From the human T2T-CHM13v2.0 reference genome, Homo sapiens, in NCBI RefSeq assembly GCF_009914755.1, contig NC_060928.1: a stretch of DNA of 64,000 nt. One strand, written 5' to 3'. Shown piece after piece: positions 1 through 16,340 of the stretch. Within the stretch, counting starts at the first letter, position 1; each line of letters begins with the position of its first letter. Both the position numbers and the translations under genes were made by a program. The notes beneath the pieces are model-generated. The model was given only the letters and a program-made list of their open reading frames with translations. It was not told the DNA's origin and made no database searches.

Positions 1-1335
1 GGGTTCATGACCTCTTTGTGTCCTTGGATAAGTCAGTAAGACCATCAGTTTCCTCTCCTATCAACTGGGGTTGGAGCCCCTGACCTTGCTCATTGGGATG
101 GCCTATGAGTTGGCAAATATCACTGAAAATTCAAAATGCTATTGACAATCACATATTATTGCCTGTCTGCATTTCCTAAGAAAGCTGCAAAGCATGACAA
201 AGACCCTTGATTGATTACGCTTCTTGCTTCTATAATTGTAAAAGGAGATACGTGCATAAAAATTTAGAATAGAATATTTTAAGGCTCCCAGAAGCACTAA
301 TGCCTTTTGATTCCCAGTTATTCTCCCTGCCTCAGCTCCAGTCCTTATTATAATGATGTACCCAGTGGTGAAAGGCTGGGGAACACAAAGGCTCACTAGC
401 AAGAATCCTCTGCCATGAGGAACAGAATGCTCTTCAGAGGAGCCCAGCCTGACTACCTACCCATGCCAGAATCACCAAGCCTACGTTTGTCATCTCTGGT
501 ATGCCAATGGCAAAATGACCTCCTAACTTTGCCAAGATTTTTAAAAGAGCTGAGGAAAAAAACTCCCCAAGATGCCGCAGCGTAGAAAATAGCCAACTCT
601 CCCCACAATGTTACATGTGAAGCCGCAAACACACATAAAAATGGCCAAGAGAGGCCAAGCCAATGGCCTCAGATGACAAGTGCATCTACTTGCAGTATAA
701 ACAAAGAATTCCGCAAGACTCACCCAAAAACAGCTTCTCACATCTATGCCCAGACATGATGTGACACTGGCTTCATGCTTTTGAGGGCACAATTTGGGCA
801 ACGGTCATTCCCCTGCCCCTAGGTTTCCATGTGACAGGACTTTGCTTTCTACTCTGTATTCTCTTGTCCCCAAAAGAGTGACTTTTGTGACAAGTGACTT
901 TGGGAAATGGAACCACATGAGTGGGTTGGCCCCATGGCTGAGCATTCCTATAGAAGCTTATAGTATAAATTATCAGGAGAAAGCCTGCATGAGTTCTTCC
1001 TAATCAACATGCCCACAATGATGGGACAGTCAGCTCTACTCTGGCGACATGATAAGCTTTCTGCAGAAGCAAGTTCGTCCTCTACAAGTGAAAAGCCTGC
1101 AGTTTTGGAAAGCTGAGTTCAACAGAGGCAGCAAGTACTAAAAAGCATATGGCTAAACATCACGTTGCATTTTTCAATCAAGCTATTATCTGTAATAAAG
1201 CTGGTATGTTCATTTCCATCTGTCTGACTTCTGTGCTGATTTCTCAGTTGGTTCTGACTCAAGACAGGAAGCGAGTATTATTTTTATTGACCCACTAAAA
1301 CTACACAATATCTTCCTAGAAACTCTTTCCTAGTA

Positions 1336-1716
1336 CAGTCGTGCATCACTTACCAATGGAGATATGTTCTGAGAAATGCCTTGTTAGGAGACTTTGCTGT
1401 TGCATGAACATCGTAAGAGTGTACTCATACAAACCTGGATGGGACAGCCCTCTACACACCTAGGCTACAGGGTATAGCCTATGGCTCCTACGCTACTAAC
1501 CTGTACAGCATGTTATGTACTGAATACTGTAGGCAACTGTAACACAACAGTAAGTATTTGTGTATCTAAACATATTGTCATGTATTATGCCATGATGACA
1601 AGATGGCTATGACATCACCAGGCCATAGGAATTTTTCAGCTCCACTGTAATTTTATGGGACCACCATCATATATGTAGTCTGTTGTTACCAAAATGTCAT
1701 TATGCAGTACATGATG
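1336..1716 (-). mobile_element. Tigger3a/Golem-type MITE (TcMar-Tigger)
   Basis: CAGTC.. terminal inverted repeats, TA flanks on both sides, internal match to Tigger3 ends. Confidence 0.8.
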
Positions 1717-2139
1717 TACTCATAAAAACCATCTAGCAATCCCCGCAGCATCACCGATGATGCCACAAAGCAGAAGAAACCCAAGAGGGCAGCTGCCATG
1801 GCCAGGCATGTATTGCCTTTGCAGGAAGAGCTTTGCCAGGCCTGCCGTAATTTGTTAAGTTCGGGAACTGTCCATGGAAGAAAAATGAATGGTACCCAGC
1901 TGCATGATTTCAGGCTGCGTTTTTATTATAGGCTTCTAGTATAAATCACCAGAACAAAGCCTGTATGAACTACTCGAATGGCAGAGACAAAAATAGTGTC
2001 ACAGAACACTGTTAGGTTTTTTTTTTGGACTACTACATATTTATATCACCAAAAGACTCCTAAGCTTTTGTACTCTCAGGCATCTTTGGTAATGTGTTCA
2101 TACTTTATTTTCTGCACACTCCTACCTCTCTTTCCAGTA

Positions 2140-2432
2140 CAGGAGTGCCCCCTTATCCATGAGGGATAGGTTCCAAGACCCCTGGGGGATGCCTGAGACC
2201 TCGGATGGTACCAAGTCCGATATAGACTATTTTTTTTCCTATCCATAGGTATGTATGATGAAGTTTAATTTATAAATTATGCACAGCAAGAGATTAACAA
2301 CAATAATAAAAAAGAACAATATACTGTAATCAAAGTTATATGAATGTGGTCTCTCTCAAAATATCTTATTCTCCTGTACTGAGGGTAACTGAAACTACAC
2401 AAAGGGAAACTACAGATAAGGGAGTACTATTG
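2140..2432. mobile_element. MER44A-like MITE (Tigger7-derived)
   Basis: CAG..CCCCCTTATCC / GATAAGGG..TG inverted ends with TA flanks; GTTCCAAGACCCC..GGATGCCTGA interior. Confidence 0.8.
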
Positions 2433-3192
2433 TATTACAGATTTTTGGTTGCAGTAGTGTACAAAATTCATTTTGAACAGTTAATAATTCTAAGTATAAC
2501 ACTGCCTTCTCTAATAAGGGCTTATTATTTTGCTCCATATCTCATCCATGTGCATATTTTTGAGGGAAAACAAACCAATAAAAGGATGTGGAAATGGGAG
2601 AAAAGGCTTTCCCAAACAATACTGGCAGTTTCTTGCTCAGGAATGAATTTGTGGGGAGATGAGCAAGCTGCCTGGAGACTTCCATTACTAGGAAAGGAAC
2701 ATCAAGCTCCTAAGAAACACTGCTGAGTCAGGGAGATGCTCTGCAGACCCAGAAGATTCACCCAGGGGGAGGCCAGACGAGGTCCCTCAGGTTCGCCAAG
2801 GCTCAGGTGGAGAGGAAAGCGAACTCTCAATTTCCTCATTGATTTCTCCCACTAGAGCCAGCTGCTCCTGTCAACACCATCATATTGCTTTTTGTTGTTC
2901 TTTAGGAGGAGTGAGATGGCATCATCATTTCTACACAAAGGTTAAGGGAATCATTTTATTAAGGATGAAGCTTTTTTTGGGAAAATGATCATCTTTAAAG
3001 GCAATAAGTGAGAGAGTGCATCCTTGCACATCTAGCGGGAATTTGGAAAGAGCTCAGTCACCTGATCTGTGTCTGTGATGAGAGGACAGATAAAAGGTAC
3101 TGGGATGTGCACCAACCTTGGCCCTAACTAGTGTGAACTGCAATACATACACAACAACACAGAAGAATTACAATGGGAAGGGAGGGATATGG

Positions 3193-3489
3193 TTTTTTTT
3201 TTTTTTTTGAGACGGAGTCTTGCTCTTTCGCCCAGGCCGGAGTGCAGTGGCGCTATCTCGGCTCACTGCAAGCTCTGCATCCCCGGTCCATGCCATTCTT
3301 CTGCCTCAGCCTCCTGAGTAGCTGGGACTACAGGCGCCCGCCATCGCACCCGGCTAATTTCTTGTATTTTTAGTAGAGACGGCATTTCACCGTGTTAACC
3401 AGGATGGTCTCGATCTCCTGACCTCGTGATCCGCCTGCCTTGGCCTCCCAAAGTGCTGGGATTACAGGCGTGAGCCACCGCACCCGGCT
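3193..3489 (-). mobile_element. AluY
   Basis: Full dimer with AluY-type positions; TSD GGGAGGGATAT at 3180-3190 and 3490-3500. Confidence 0.92.
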
Positions 3490-3879
3490 GGGAGGGATAT
3501 CTTAATGGGACAGGGCAAGGGGGCCAGAGAAAGGTTAAAGGTGCCTTCCCTGCTCCATTCTGAGTCACCCATATTCACAGCCTTTGTTTCATCCCCTCCC
3601 TTCTATAAGGTTTCAACCTTAATAAAGTTTCAGCCAGATTATAGATTTTGGTGGGTGGCAATGGGACAGGGGGTATGGGAGTCTGCCCTAAGAATTGATA
3701 GTCTGCTCTCAGACAGGCTTGGGGTCAGATGTACTAACTCTGTGGTCCAGAAGCCCCCAAGCTAAGAGGTAAATATGGAAAATGGCCCTGGCTTAGACCT
3801 GGAGCATCAGGCAAAAGCCAATGCAAAAGTGCTTTAAAGAGATGCACTCTCAACAAGATCCCACAAATAAAGCCCTGTC

Positions 3880-4255
3880 AGATATGGCTTCATAATAAAA
3901 AAATTACAAAATACACCAGAGAATCATCTACTGCCAGCCAGAATCAGCAGTCAAGCAAAAAGCATAATAAGATCACCCAAGAACTTCAGGTAATGGAATT
4001 ACTGAATACAGACTATAAAATAAGTAGCTGTAAAATTATGAAAGAAATAAAGAACTGAATACATGAAAAAGGAACAAGTTATTTTCAAAAGGCTAGAGAA
4101 ATTTAAAAGAGAAAAACAGAATTTCTGTAATTGAAAGATCTAGTGAACTAAAAACCTCAATGGATATGTAAAAGAGTGAATATTATAAAGAAAATTAGTG
4201 AACTAGAAGTCAGTGTAGAGAAAACTGGCCAGAATGAAGCCTAGAGAAAAGATCC
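3880..4255 (+). mobile_element. Old L1 (L1M) ORF1-region fragment
   Basis: A-rich, degenerate L1M-like tract; boundaries approximate. Confidence 0.5.
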
Positions 4256-4689
4256 TAAAAGAATTTTCCCATGACCGCTATTTGCATCGTGATCAACATA
4301 CAGCTAAGAGCTGCCCATAGACAGGCCTGCTTTCTTCATGGTGAGTCTGGGGAAATCCGATGCACAGGGCCCTGAATTGGAGGCTAATTAGGTGAGATTT
4401 CCTTTATCCATTTCTTCTTCTGACTCAACATTCTTGTCTTTGCTCTCTCCCTAGGTTTAGATCTCACACCTAGAGGGCATCATAACACATGGTGCATACA
4501 ACCAGCATCAGTGCTGTGTAGTCAGTGCCTCTGTATGTGTATAAGCATGTGGACATACATCTATAAACATATTACACACACATCTGTTAATGAGATTAAT
4601 GTTTTTGGATGTATACTCATATATACATATCTGTAAAATAATAGCCACCTACATAAATCTGACTTCCAGCAACTTCAACTATAGTGGAA

Positions 4690-4850
4690 CAGGTTGAGAG
4701 CTAATCACTGAACTGGAAGTGAGAAACTTTGGTTCTAATCTGAATGGAATGTTAAGAAATTGTGTGACCATGGGTAAGTCCCAACAGCAGTTCTCTCATC
4801 TGTAAATTAAAAGGACTGAACTGAATGATTTTCAGGACCTCTTCCTATTC
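4690..4850 (+). mobile_element. MIR fragment
   Basis: TGTGTGACCATGGGTAAGTC...TCTCATCTGTAAA core. Confidence 0.6.
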
Positions 4851-5572
4851 TATTGTCACATGGTGATGCTAAATAGCTTTCATAGCATCCATGTACTTTC
4901 TTTTGTAGGACAGGTTTCTACTCAGAGCTTTGTTCTTATTTATATTTACAAAAGTGATAATCTGACTTTGTGAACTAATCAGAAATAATCATTGAGAAGT
5001 GAAAAATGAGCAAGAAGGGATTCCTAGAGCCAAATATACTGACAGCAGCTTTAAAAACCCAGTGAGGAACACATAACCATAAAAGCAGGGAAAAACACTG
5101 TAATATGAAACCTAAAAACAATGGCTATCTTTAGCCATTTACTGTAGGATCAAAAAGCTTTACACACCTCAATAGACCTTGAAGCCACCATTATAACACT
5201 GAGCAATAACTGATGTTGCTGATAAGCTTGGGTAATCAAGAAAAGGTTGTCTTATGTTCAGCCAGGACAAGAGACCCATAAAGAAGTTTAAAAAATAGCT
5301 AAAGGGTTTTAGACAGGAAAATCCTTTTATATGGATGCCTCGTGTGTGTACGCACGTGTATGTACGTGTATGCAAGTATATAGGGAAATATTTACAAGGG
5401 GTGCTATACACATGTTCTATGCAAGGTACTGTCAAGTAGCCCAAGAAAGATCCATGAATTGCTCTTTAGAAGCATATAATCAAACACAGAAATCCTTATA
5501 AACAACATACATAAAACATAAAAAGATGTTCAGTCAACTGTATGAAACAAATACATATTGATAGAAAGTAGA

Positions 5573-5706
5573 GGCCAGGCATGGTGGCTCATGCCTATAA
5601 TCCCACTTTGCGAGGTGGAGGCAGGAGGACTCCTTGAACCCAGGAGTTAGAAACTAGCCTGAGCAACATGGTGGGGCCCTGTCTCTAAAAAAAATAAAAA
5701 TAAAAA
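5573..5706 (+). mobile_element. FLAM / Alu left monomer
   Basis: Single Alu arm with A-tail; AGTAGA on both flanks. Confidence 0.85.
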
Positions 5707-8154
5707 TAGTAGAAGCATTATTATTAATATGGTTAGGTTTCAGGTGGGGAATATTGCATGCAAAGCTGGTAGAGAGGTAGGGAAGTGAAAATTGCTGTGA
5801 AGAGAGAGGCTTTCAAGAACCCACTGAAAGTTAGAAAAAGATCTATGGCAGGGAAGGAGTCAAATGCTTCCCACAGGGAGGGAGGTGAGATCATGCTGCC
5901 TCCTGAACATGAAAGTCATCATTGTCATGAGTCACTGAGTTCATGGGAGACATCCGGTTAACTAAGTTATAAGGCAGGTTTAGACCATCAGCAGAGTAAA
6001 AGCTGAAAAGGAACATTCCACATTTGTGGGTATGAGCTCACAGACACATACCTCCTTTAGGGTGACAAGGGTCACTATACAAAACACCTAATCCCTGCAA
6101 CACCTCACTCTCAAAAGCATGGAGGATAACTATAGAAGTGATTTGCAGAGTGACTGGCAAGAAGCAAGTCTGAGTATACAACATAATTATAAATCTTTCA
6201 GATTACATTAAAGCAAATCATTGAAATGGAAAGAAATTTCATAGAAAATGGTCACATTTTGTCTTCTTAAATAGCTAAACATCATCTAAGTGTGAATGGA
6301 CGGAGAGATAAATGTAGATCTGATTATAAATGTACGTATTTAAAGACTTTTCCCTAATGATGCTATCTTCAATTTCTGTTTCATTTCTACATTTTGAGTT
6401 AAAAACAACTTTTATAATTATGTTTAGAATTAAGAGCCAGAAAAGCATTTCAGAAAGCCTGATGCTCCCTAGACTAGTCAAGGGTTTCTAAATCTAGCAG
6501 GTTCTTCAAAACAAAAGTTATCACCAATATCTTCTATGTTCAGAGTCGGAATGCTGCAGATTTACCTAGCTTGAACGAAATCTGTCATAAGGAATCTAAA
6601 AAATAAATTAATTCCAAAGTACTTTAGAAAAGCGTTCACATCACTATTTCTTCAGGGAGGCAAGACCCCTTCTGCTGCAATGTGCATACATATGTTCCAG
6701 AAGGAATCTCTAGCAGAAAGCACAGCATTTGCATTGTTTGTTAGTTCCCAGAGGGCAGGCATCACATCATATTTATTCACATCATATTTCTTCCCCTCTT
6801 CATTCCCCTTATTCTGGCTAATAATAGTATGCACTCTTGTGAATAAAAGAAAGTTTTGTAAAATGTAGTAAACAACATTCCTGTTTTCATTCCATAGCTT
6901 CCAGGGCCAATTCTAAATACCTTTGATATGGAAAGCCCTGAATGCTTTTTTAAACAGGCTGATCCTGAGAAAAGAGGAGAATATTCTTGCATACATGTGT
7001 GAAAAACAGCTTTTATGGTCTTTTCCCCAGTTCTGGAGACAAGAGGCATTCACAGTTGCTAGGGAGTTCTATGTTACATACAGATAAGAGCTTTCAGACA
7101 AGCAAAACAAGAGCAGAGCTTCTCATTTCTTATTAAATGAATTGTAGTGCAGCCTGATTATCAGGAGTTATCTACTGTGCCACACTGAGCATTCCTACCA
7201 GCCAGCTACGGCAGAGGCAACGGTGTCCTCTCCCCTTTCCCCTGCGTGGGAACTGACACCAGGAGAGGGCAAGCATTTCCGATGACAAAAAGTGAGTGTG
7301 TGTGTATGTGTAAACATGGGTTTGCACATGCATAAATTTCAAACAAACTTGATTCTTTGCTGAAATCTCACCATTACTGGAAATATTACTTGGCCAATTA
7401 TGAAACAGACTTGTAAAGCCCATGACATTTTACCAAACAAATATATTTTCTTTCTTATTTTTCTTCCCATTTCACAACCATATACAAAGTATTACAAGTA
7501 GAAAAATTGGAATGGTATTGTTAAATAGGAAATAACTAACTTTAAGCAAACAACCTAAGATCCTGTCTATAGATCTATAGGTGAATAATTACTTAATAAA
7601 TTAAGGAAGACTTGGCACCACAGTAAAGAGATTTTACTAGGTCCAAATAATGAGTGAAGCTGAATCCCTACTAATAAAAACAAAGAATGCTGTCCTTAGT
7701 GTAGCTGTAATCCTGCCTATAAGCAGTGAAATGGGCTGGCTGACCTTTTCATCCTCAAGATTTATGATGGGCTTCCATAAAATCCTAAAACTGAGGGAAA
7801 ATAAGAAAATAAAAAGATCCTAAAAAACATTCAGAATAAGGGTTACTAATCAGAACGGGGAGGGGGTTGGTCAAGACAGCAGGTGTGCTCCAGACATGCT
7901 GGGGAACAGGGAGATGGAGGCAGGAGGCAGAAATGAAGTATTCTATTTATACACACATACATTTATATATACATATAAATTTACAAATACACAGATGTGT
8001 ACATGCCCAGAGCCAAGCTCAAAGCAAGCAAGAAAATCCCCTGGGGCCGCAGAAGTAATGGTAGTTTAAAGCCATGTGACACCAGGGGTAACCACAAGAG
8101 ACAGGACAACACATTTTCTACTCACTTTCTAACTGTGATAAGGACAGCAACTGC

Positions 8155-8270
8155 GGCAGGTAGGGTTGTTATGAGGTTAGAATAAGTGAATACATATAAA
8201 GCACCTAGAACAGTGCCTGCCACATGGTAAGCACTTGGTACATGGTAGTTGATTTTACTACCATTATTAT
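8155..8270 (+). mobile_element. MIR 3' fragment
   Basis: GGGTTGTTATGAGG...AAAGCACCTAGAACAGTGCCTGCCACATGGTAAGCAC. Confidence 0.7.
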
Positions 8271-9047
8271 TGTTAACTGGGCTGATGAGACATCAGATGT
8301 CAATGCTTTAAAGCACCTTGGGGGCAGAAGTCAAGGCCATGAGCCCATGTGATAGGGAGCTGGGATGGCTTCCTGCATAAAGCTGTGAGCCAAAAAATTC
8401 TAGTCCAGTTAGAAAACCTTTTGCCACCAACTGGAGGGGTTGCTGTGGAGGAGGCCAGCTACTTCAGGCCATAGGTGAAAAAGAGTCTTGAGAAATCTGA
8501 GCCCTTGACCCTGTGCCTGGCTTGGATGTGTGCAGCTTGACGCTGGCACTATCTAAGCTGTGTGGCAGTTAGGGGGCCAAGAAATTAACATACAAACCGG
8601 TTCATTCAATAAAACCCAATGGGCCCTGGCAGAGGCCACCAGGAATTCATTCCATAGAGATACCTCCATAGTCCAGGGTACAGTACTTAAGTTAAAAATC
8701 ACACTGAGCAGAATAAATAAAAACAAATTCACATATGGACACATCCTGGCTAAAGCTATCAGAGTGACACAACAGATTACTGACAAGGGATGCAGACTTC
8801 TCATCAGCAATTACAGATGCCTAAGGACAATGGAAAAATGTCTTCAAGTGCCAACGGGAAATAAATGTCAAGTTGGAATTCTATACTACTATTCCAGAGT
8901 GAGGGGGAAACAGAAACAGCTGGAGGCACATACAGACTAAGAGAGTTCATCACCCACAGACCTGGAAAGCAAGAGCCACCAACACAGGAAGAAAACGGTG
9001 CCCAAAAGCAGAGTGAGATGTAAGAAGCAATATCTGCTACAAAATGA

Positions 9048-10770
<1,723 letters not shown>

Positions 10771-10972
10771 GAAAAAAATCAGAGAGGTGTTTCCTCAACC
10801 TTTGACAACCAAACCTCAAAACTTCCTCACACCTGGGAGCAGAGGGACACATCTTCCCCTCGGGTTACAGTAGGAGAGGGCTCTTTCTCCACAGCTCTGG
10901 AGACATTGTCTGCTTTCTTAGGAACCTTATTCTATCAACAATTCCCTCCCCCTTATATCTTTATTCCTTTAA

Positions 10973-11282
<310 letters not shown>

Positions 11283-11748
11283 CCTAACTTAAGTTTTTTA
11301 AACAAAATATCACAGACATGTATTTTTAAATAACTGATCATGAAAAGCAGCAGTTCCCCGCCCCACCCCTTCCTAGGTCCCGTCCTGTTCCTGGCAGCAA
11401 CCACCTTCAGATCTTTGAGCTGTCTCGTTTGGTATTTATCTTCCTATTTTTAAATAATATGCTGTGCCAGGGGACCTTTGGAAAATCCATCACCTGTTGG
11501 CCAAGGCTCCTGGCCATTTGCTATGTGACAATCCTTCCTTAATCTGGAAAAAAGATAGATTTGATAAACTGTCACAATGATACAGTGTACTTGTTTTAAG
11601 AACGTGGACTCCTAAGACTTGGCCCATTCCATTTCTGAGAGATAACTGAGATAAGTTACAAGATAAGAGAATAACAATATGAGACATTTTGCAATATTTT
11701 TATATCTTACTTTATCAAAGAATTACCCAAGCTTGCTGCTACATTATA

Positions 11749-12033
11749 TTTTTTTCTTTTCTTTTCTTTTTTGAAACAGGGTCTCACTCTGTCACTCAGA
11801 CTGGAGTGCCGTGGTACACCTCCCAAGCTCAAGTGATCCTCCCACCTCAACCCCACAAGCAGCGGACTACAGGCATACACCACCATGCCCGACTTATTTT
11901 TGTATTTTTTTTTTTTGTAGAGACAGGGTTTCACCATGTTGCCCAGGCTGGTCTCCAACTCCTGGGCTCAAGCCATCCAACCACCTCAGCCTTCCAAAGT
12001 GCTGGGATTACAGGCACGAGCCACTGTGCCTAG
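11749..12033 (-). mobile_element. AluJ with internal deletion
   Basis: AluJ-type CTCCTGGGCTCAAG; flanking near-repeat GCTGCTA(C/A)ATTATATTT. Confidence 0.87.
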
Positions 12034-13079
12034 CTGCTAAATTATATTTCTATCCAAAAATAAAATATACCCACTCCCTAAAAGCCCTGCCATGAGAAGT
12101 TGGGTAACATAAAAGTCCATAAAGTCAGTTAGAAAAAAGGATGGTAGGTCATGTCTCCCCCAGGGAAGCAGACAGAGCCATTACATGCATGAGCTTGAGT
12201 ATGGATGGATCTAGAATGTGGATGAGTCTATTTCTCCTAAAATCAGGGTAAGGGTAAGAGTTGTGAGAACAGGGGTGTGGTAGGGGACTCATTATTTGGA
12301 CTTTGAGAACAAAAAACAAAACAAAATGAAAAGCACTTCACCAGCAGAAGGCTGAGAAACCAGTACAGGTAATGTTTGATTATTACCTAACGTTATCTTG
12401 TATATAAAATAAAAATAAATCTTGTTTTTAAAAATGCTTTTGACTACTAGTCTGTTTCTTGGGAGCTCCAAATCATTTACCCATCACCTAATTAAAAAAC
12501 AAAACAAAACACAAATACAATCCCACATCCCACCTCACCGCCAAAGAAAAACACAACAAAATAAAACCCATCTACTGGCTTAAGGCCTGAAAAGGAGAAA
12601 GAGGCCTCCAATCAGTGGCCAAAAATGTTCCTACAGCCTATACTTAGGTTACTTTTTTCTTGCTTTACCAATTTAGAACATGACTTCCAATTATGGTAGG
12701 TAAGAATTTAGTTCTTTTCCCAATATCCAAGTTATATCACAGTTTTTATTAAATCAGTAGCTGGTGCTTCTATTATTATTTACATGTTTCTCTCCTAAGC
12801 TAATAAAACACTATGATTACATTTCCTTTCTTGAACATTTTGTTTTTCCTAGACTTGCTAAGCCCTTCATTGTTTTCATGTGCTTCATTTTTTATGTACC
12901 TATTGCTCATTCCTCTAAAGGCTAGATTATATGGAAATCTTTTTTCCACACAAATCAGATACCTGCTAATTCCCTACTCTCATTTTTTCCTAGAATTCTT
13001 TATTCTGGAGCCACCTTCCTCCTCTTCCAACGGTCTCATGGTAGAGCTGGCAACCTGAAACTTCTCTATTATTCCAGCA

Positions 13080-13960
13080 GGTTCCTGGGGTAATGAAAGG
13101 CAAACTTTTTGAGAGTCTGTCTGAAAATACCATTCTTCTACTGTCACATCTGATTGACACTGTTGGGTACCGAATTCTAGGTTAGAATTATAATTTTTTT
13201 TCCCCTAAGAATGTTTAAGGCATGGTTCCATTCTCTTACAGGTATAAGTGCTGCTGTTGAAAAGTCTGATGTCTGACTCCCAATCCTTTGTATGTGGACC
13301 TGATTATTTTTTTCTTCTCTGTAAGCTTTAGGACCTTAACTTTATTCTCAGTGTTATTAAGTTTCTTGACATGCCTTCATGTTAGACTATTTTTATTCCT
13401 CAGGCTGGGTAGTTGGCAGGCCCTTTCCATTTAGAGATATATGTCCTTCAATTCTGGGAAATTAATCCACGTGTTTTGTTTGAGAGTTTCCTTGACTCTG
13501 TTTTCTATTTTTTCACGAGTCTCTTATTAATCAGATGCTGAACTTCCTGGACTGATTCTCTAATTTGCTTATTTTTTTCTTCTATTGTCCAATGCACTGC
13601 ACATTGGTTTTGATCTCTGGAAGATTTTCTTGACATTATTTTCTAACTTTCCCAGGGGAAGGAGAGGCACCATAATTTTAATTTCTAAGAGCTCGTTTTT
13701 ATCCTGTTTGTTCATTTTTTAAAAGCAGTATTGTGTTCTTGTTTCAAAGAGGCAGCTACCTTCCCTTATCTCTCTGAGGACATTTATAAAAGCTATTAAT
13801 TTTTTAAGTATTCTTTTACCCTGTGCATTATCTATAGCCTCCTATTTCCTTTAGTTTTCTTTTTTATTTTGAGCTTTGTCTATCATGTTGGAGAATCTCC
13901 TCAAGTGCCTGGTGATTTTTGGCTCTCAATCTATATTTTAAAGTAAGATACTAAAATGCC
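13080..13960 (-). mobile_element. Old L1ME fragment
   Basis: T-rich antisense L1 motifs (GAATTCTAGGTT, GCTGTTGAAAAGTCTGATG); boundaries approximate. Confidence 0.6.
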
Positions 13961-14929
13961 AATTAAAAGTCCTATGTAAATGCCCAGGGCTTATTCATCA
14001 GTGGCCTTCACTGTAAAGCAATCAGGTGGCCAGACAGATTTTTTTAAATTGAGAGACATCCCACCATGTCAATATCTCATGTTCTTCCCACTAGGGTCAC
14101 ACAATCTTCAAAGAAGCTCCTGCAGATTCTTGCTTGGGGGAGGAGGGGAAGAGGAAAGATGGACATACCAGGCCACCTAAGTTCCCGCACTGGGGCAGGG
14201 AAAAGAACTGGGTAGGTCCTGGAGTTCACTACAGATGCTGTCTGATACCGCCTTTTGCTCTGACTGGTGGCCTCAGGGAAAGTGTGTCATGAGCTGAATT
14301 TCTCCAAAGACTATACATTCCTATGGGGGTAGGGCAGCTGCAGAGGGTCAGGTAGAGAAGCTCAGATCTCACTGCACTGTACTCAGACTCTGACTCAACC
14401 CCTTTGTTTTCACCTCAGCCAGCCTTCCACAATACTTGACGCCCCCACATCCTGAGCGTTTTTAAGGTTGTGTAGGACACATCATCTCAGTTCTCGCTAG
14501 TGTCCCTTCCTGCAGGCACTTAGGTCACAGTGCATCCTCTGCAAAGTGAGGCCCTCCTCCACCTACCATCTCTCTCTCACACACTCTTGTCTCCTCTCCC
14601 ATTCTTTTGTAGGCTTATCACATTTGCATTCTTTCACTATGATTTCAGTGGGGTTTCTCTGGGTTACAGAGAGGATGGATTAAAATGCATGTGTTCAGTT
14701 GATCATATTAATCAAAAGCCTCTCCTGTCTTTACCCCTTCTTCATTGGCTCCTTCTCATCAGCATTTTTAAAAAATTTTGTTTTATTGCAGTAAGAACAC
14801 TTAACATGAGATCTATCCTCTTAAACACATTTTAAGTGTACACTATCATAGACTACATAACTCATCAGCATTTAAACATTCCCAAGTCTCTCCAATATTA
14901 AGAAAGACATGACCAATAAATGTTTTCTC

Positions 14930-15675
14930 TTGATTCTATGTCTCCTTTCACTTGCTGCATTCTGTTGTCCTTCATAGTAAAACTTTTTGAAACAGTTGCC
15001 CACACTCACTTCTTCCTCCATGCCATGACATTTCTCAATCCACTGCCACCTACCTTCTGTTTCCATCACCCCACTCAAACTGTTCTTGCAAAGGATACCC
15101 TTCTTAATAAATCCAATGGGCACTTCCTAGTCCTCACTTTACTTGACCTCTCAGTAGCATCCAATGTTCTTGTACTCCCTCCTTCTCAAAACACTCACTT
15201 CCTTGGAGTTTCTGGCCCTGCACTCTCCTTACGTCTTCTTACCTCTTTGCAAATGGGATCCACACCCTTTATCAGGGCTTATATGGTACAGGCTATGCTT
15301 TCTGCTCTAGCCTCACCTCTTGCAATGCCCATATTCAAATTCTATGCTACAACACATGGAAAACGTTTCAGTTTCTAGAGCAAGCCACGTTGTTTTTCTT
15401 CTGGTCTTTGTACATCCTATTCACTTTCTACTTGGCCAATTTCATCAATTCCTTATATCTGTGTTGAATACTCTTCCTATGTGCTCCTCAAGCACCTTGT
15501 ATTTCCACGACTAACATGTTTATTAAAAGGTAGTGCAACTGCCTGCTTGCTTGTTCATGCTCCATGTGGGCAACACCCATATCTATCGTCTACCAAGTTC
15601 AAAACTGTGTCACTAGAGCTACACAAGGGCTAGCATAACGTGGGCATCCAATATATGCCAGCTGAGTGAATGAAG
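14930..15675 (+). mobile_element. L2 fragments
   Basis: L2 RT-region motifs (AAATCCAATGG..CTTGACCTCTCAGTAGCAT) and TGAATGAA tail. Confidence 0.65.
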
Positions 15676-16202
15676 ACACAACCGACAGAGAAGAAGAATG
15701 AAATGTCTACAGAAAGACTATACATTATAACAATTGTTTTAAGTGACAATCCTAATTTTTTACTAAATCAAGAGCCAATACCATGTTGAACCAAAGAAAC
15801 ACTCCAAATAACTACAGATGGAAAAAAAAAAGCTCATAAGCCTTCTTTTTCGCAATAAAAGTAATGATTTCTAATTCAGAAATAATTTTATCCATATACT
15901 AGTTTTTACTGGTTTTCATTATTTACTTAATTCTCTATACATCTCTGAGGTGATGAGATACCCAGGTTAGTTTTTGTTGGCAGATCACTTAACTGGTGAA
16001 ATCAAGGTTAAGTGACCAATTGTTATGTGTAGCATTTACTTTTGCTCTCACTGGCAACGTAACTGTGCACAATAACTCAGGAGAGCCTTTGTAAAGATAA
16101 AAGCCACCAATCATTATGGGTATGCTAGCAGGTAAGATTTACCTTACCTATTATTAAGAGCTTTTTAATTAATTACCTGTTATTACTTGTTAATTATCTG
16201 TT

Positions 16203-16340
16203 AATTAATAAGAGCACTTACTACATGCAATTACTGTTTTAAGTGTTTTAAAGGTACTGATTCATTTAATTCTCACACAAATCCAATGAGTCAATTATCT
16301 CCATTTTATAAGAAACTGATGCAAAGAAGATTAAGTAATC
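16203..16340 (-). mobile_element. MIR
   Basis: TCATTTAATTCTCACA...CCATTTTATAAGAAACTGA. Confidence 0.65.

Noticed and set aside
14920-15378. 152-aa ORF
   Set aside because: Lies in a decayed L2; the LTLLDLSVA-like stretch is an L2 RT remnant.
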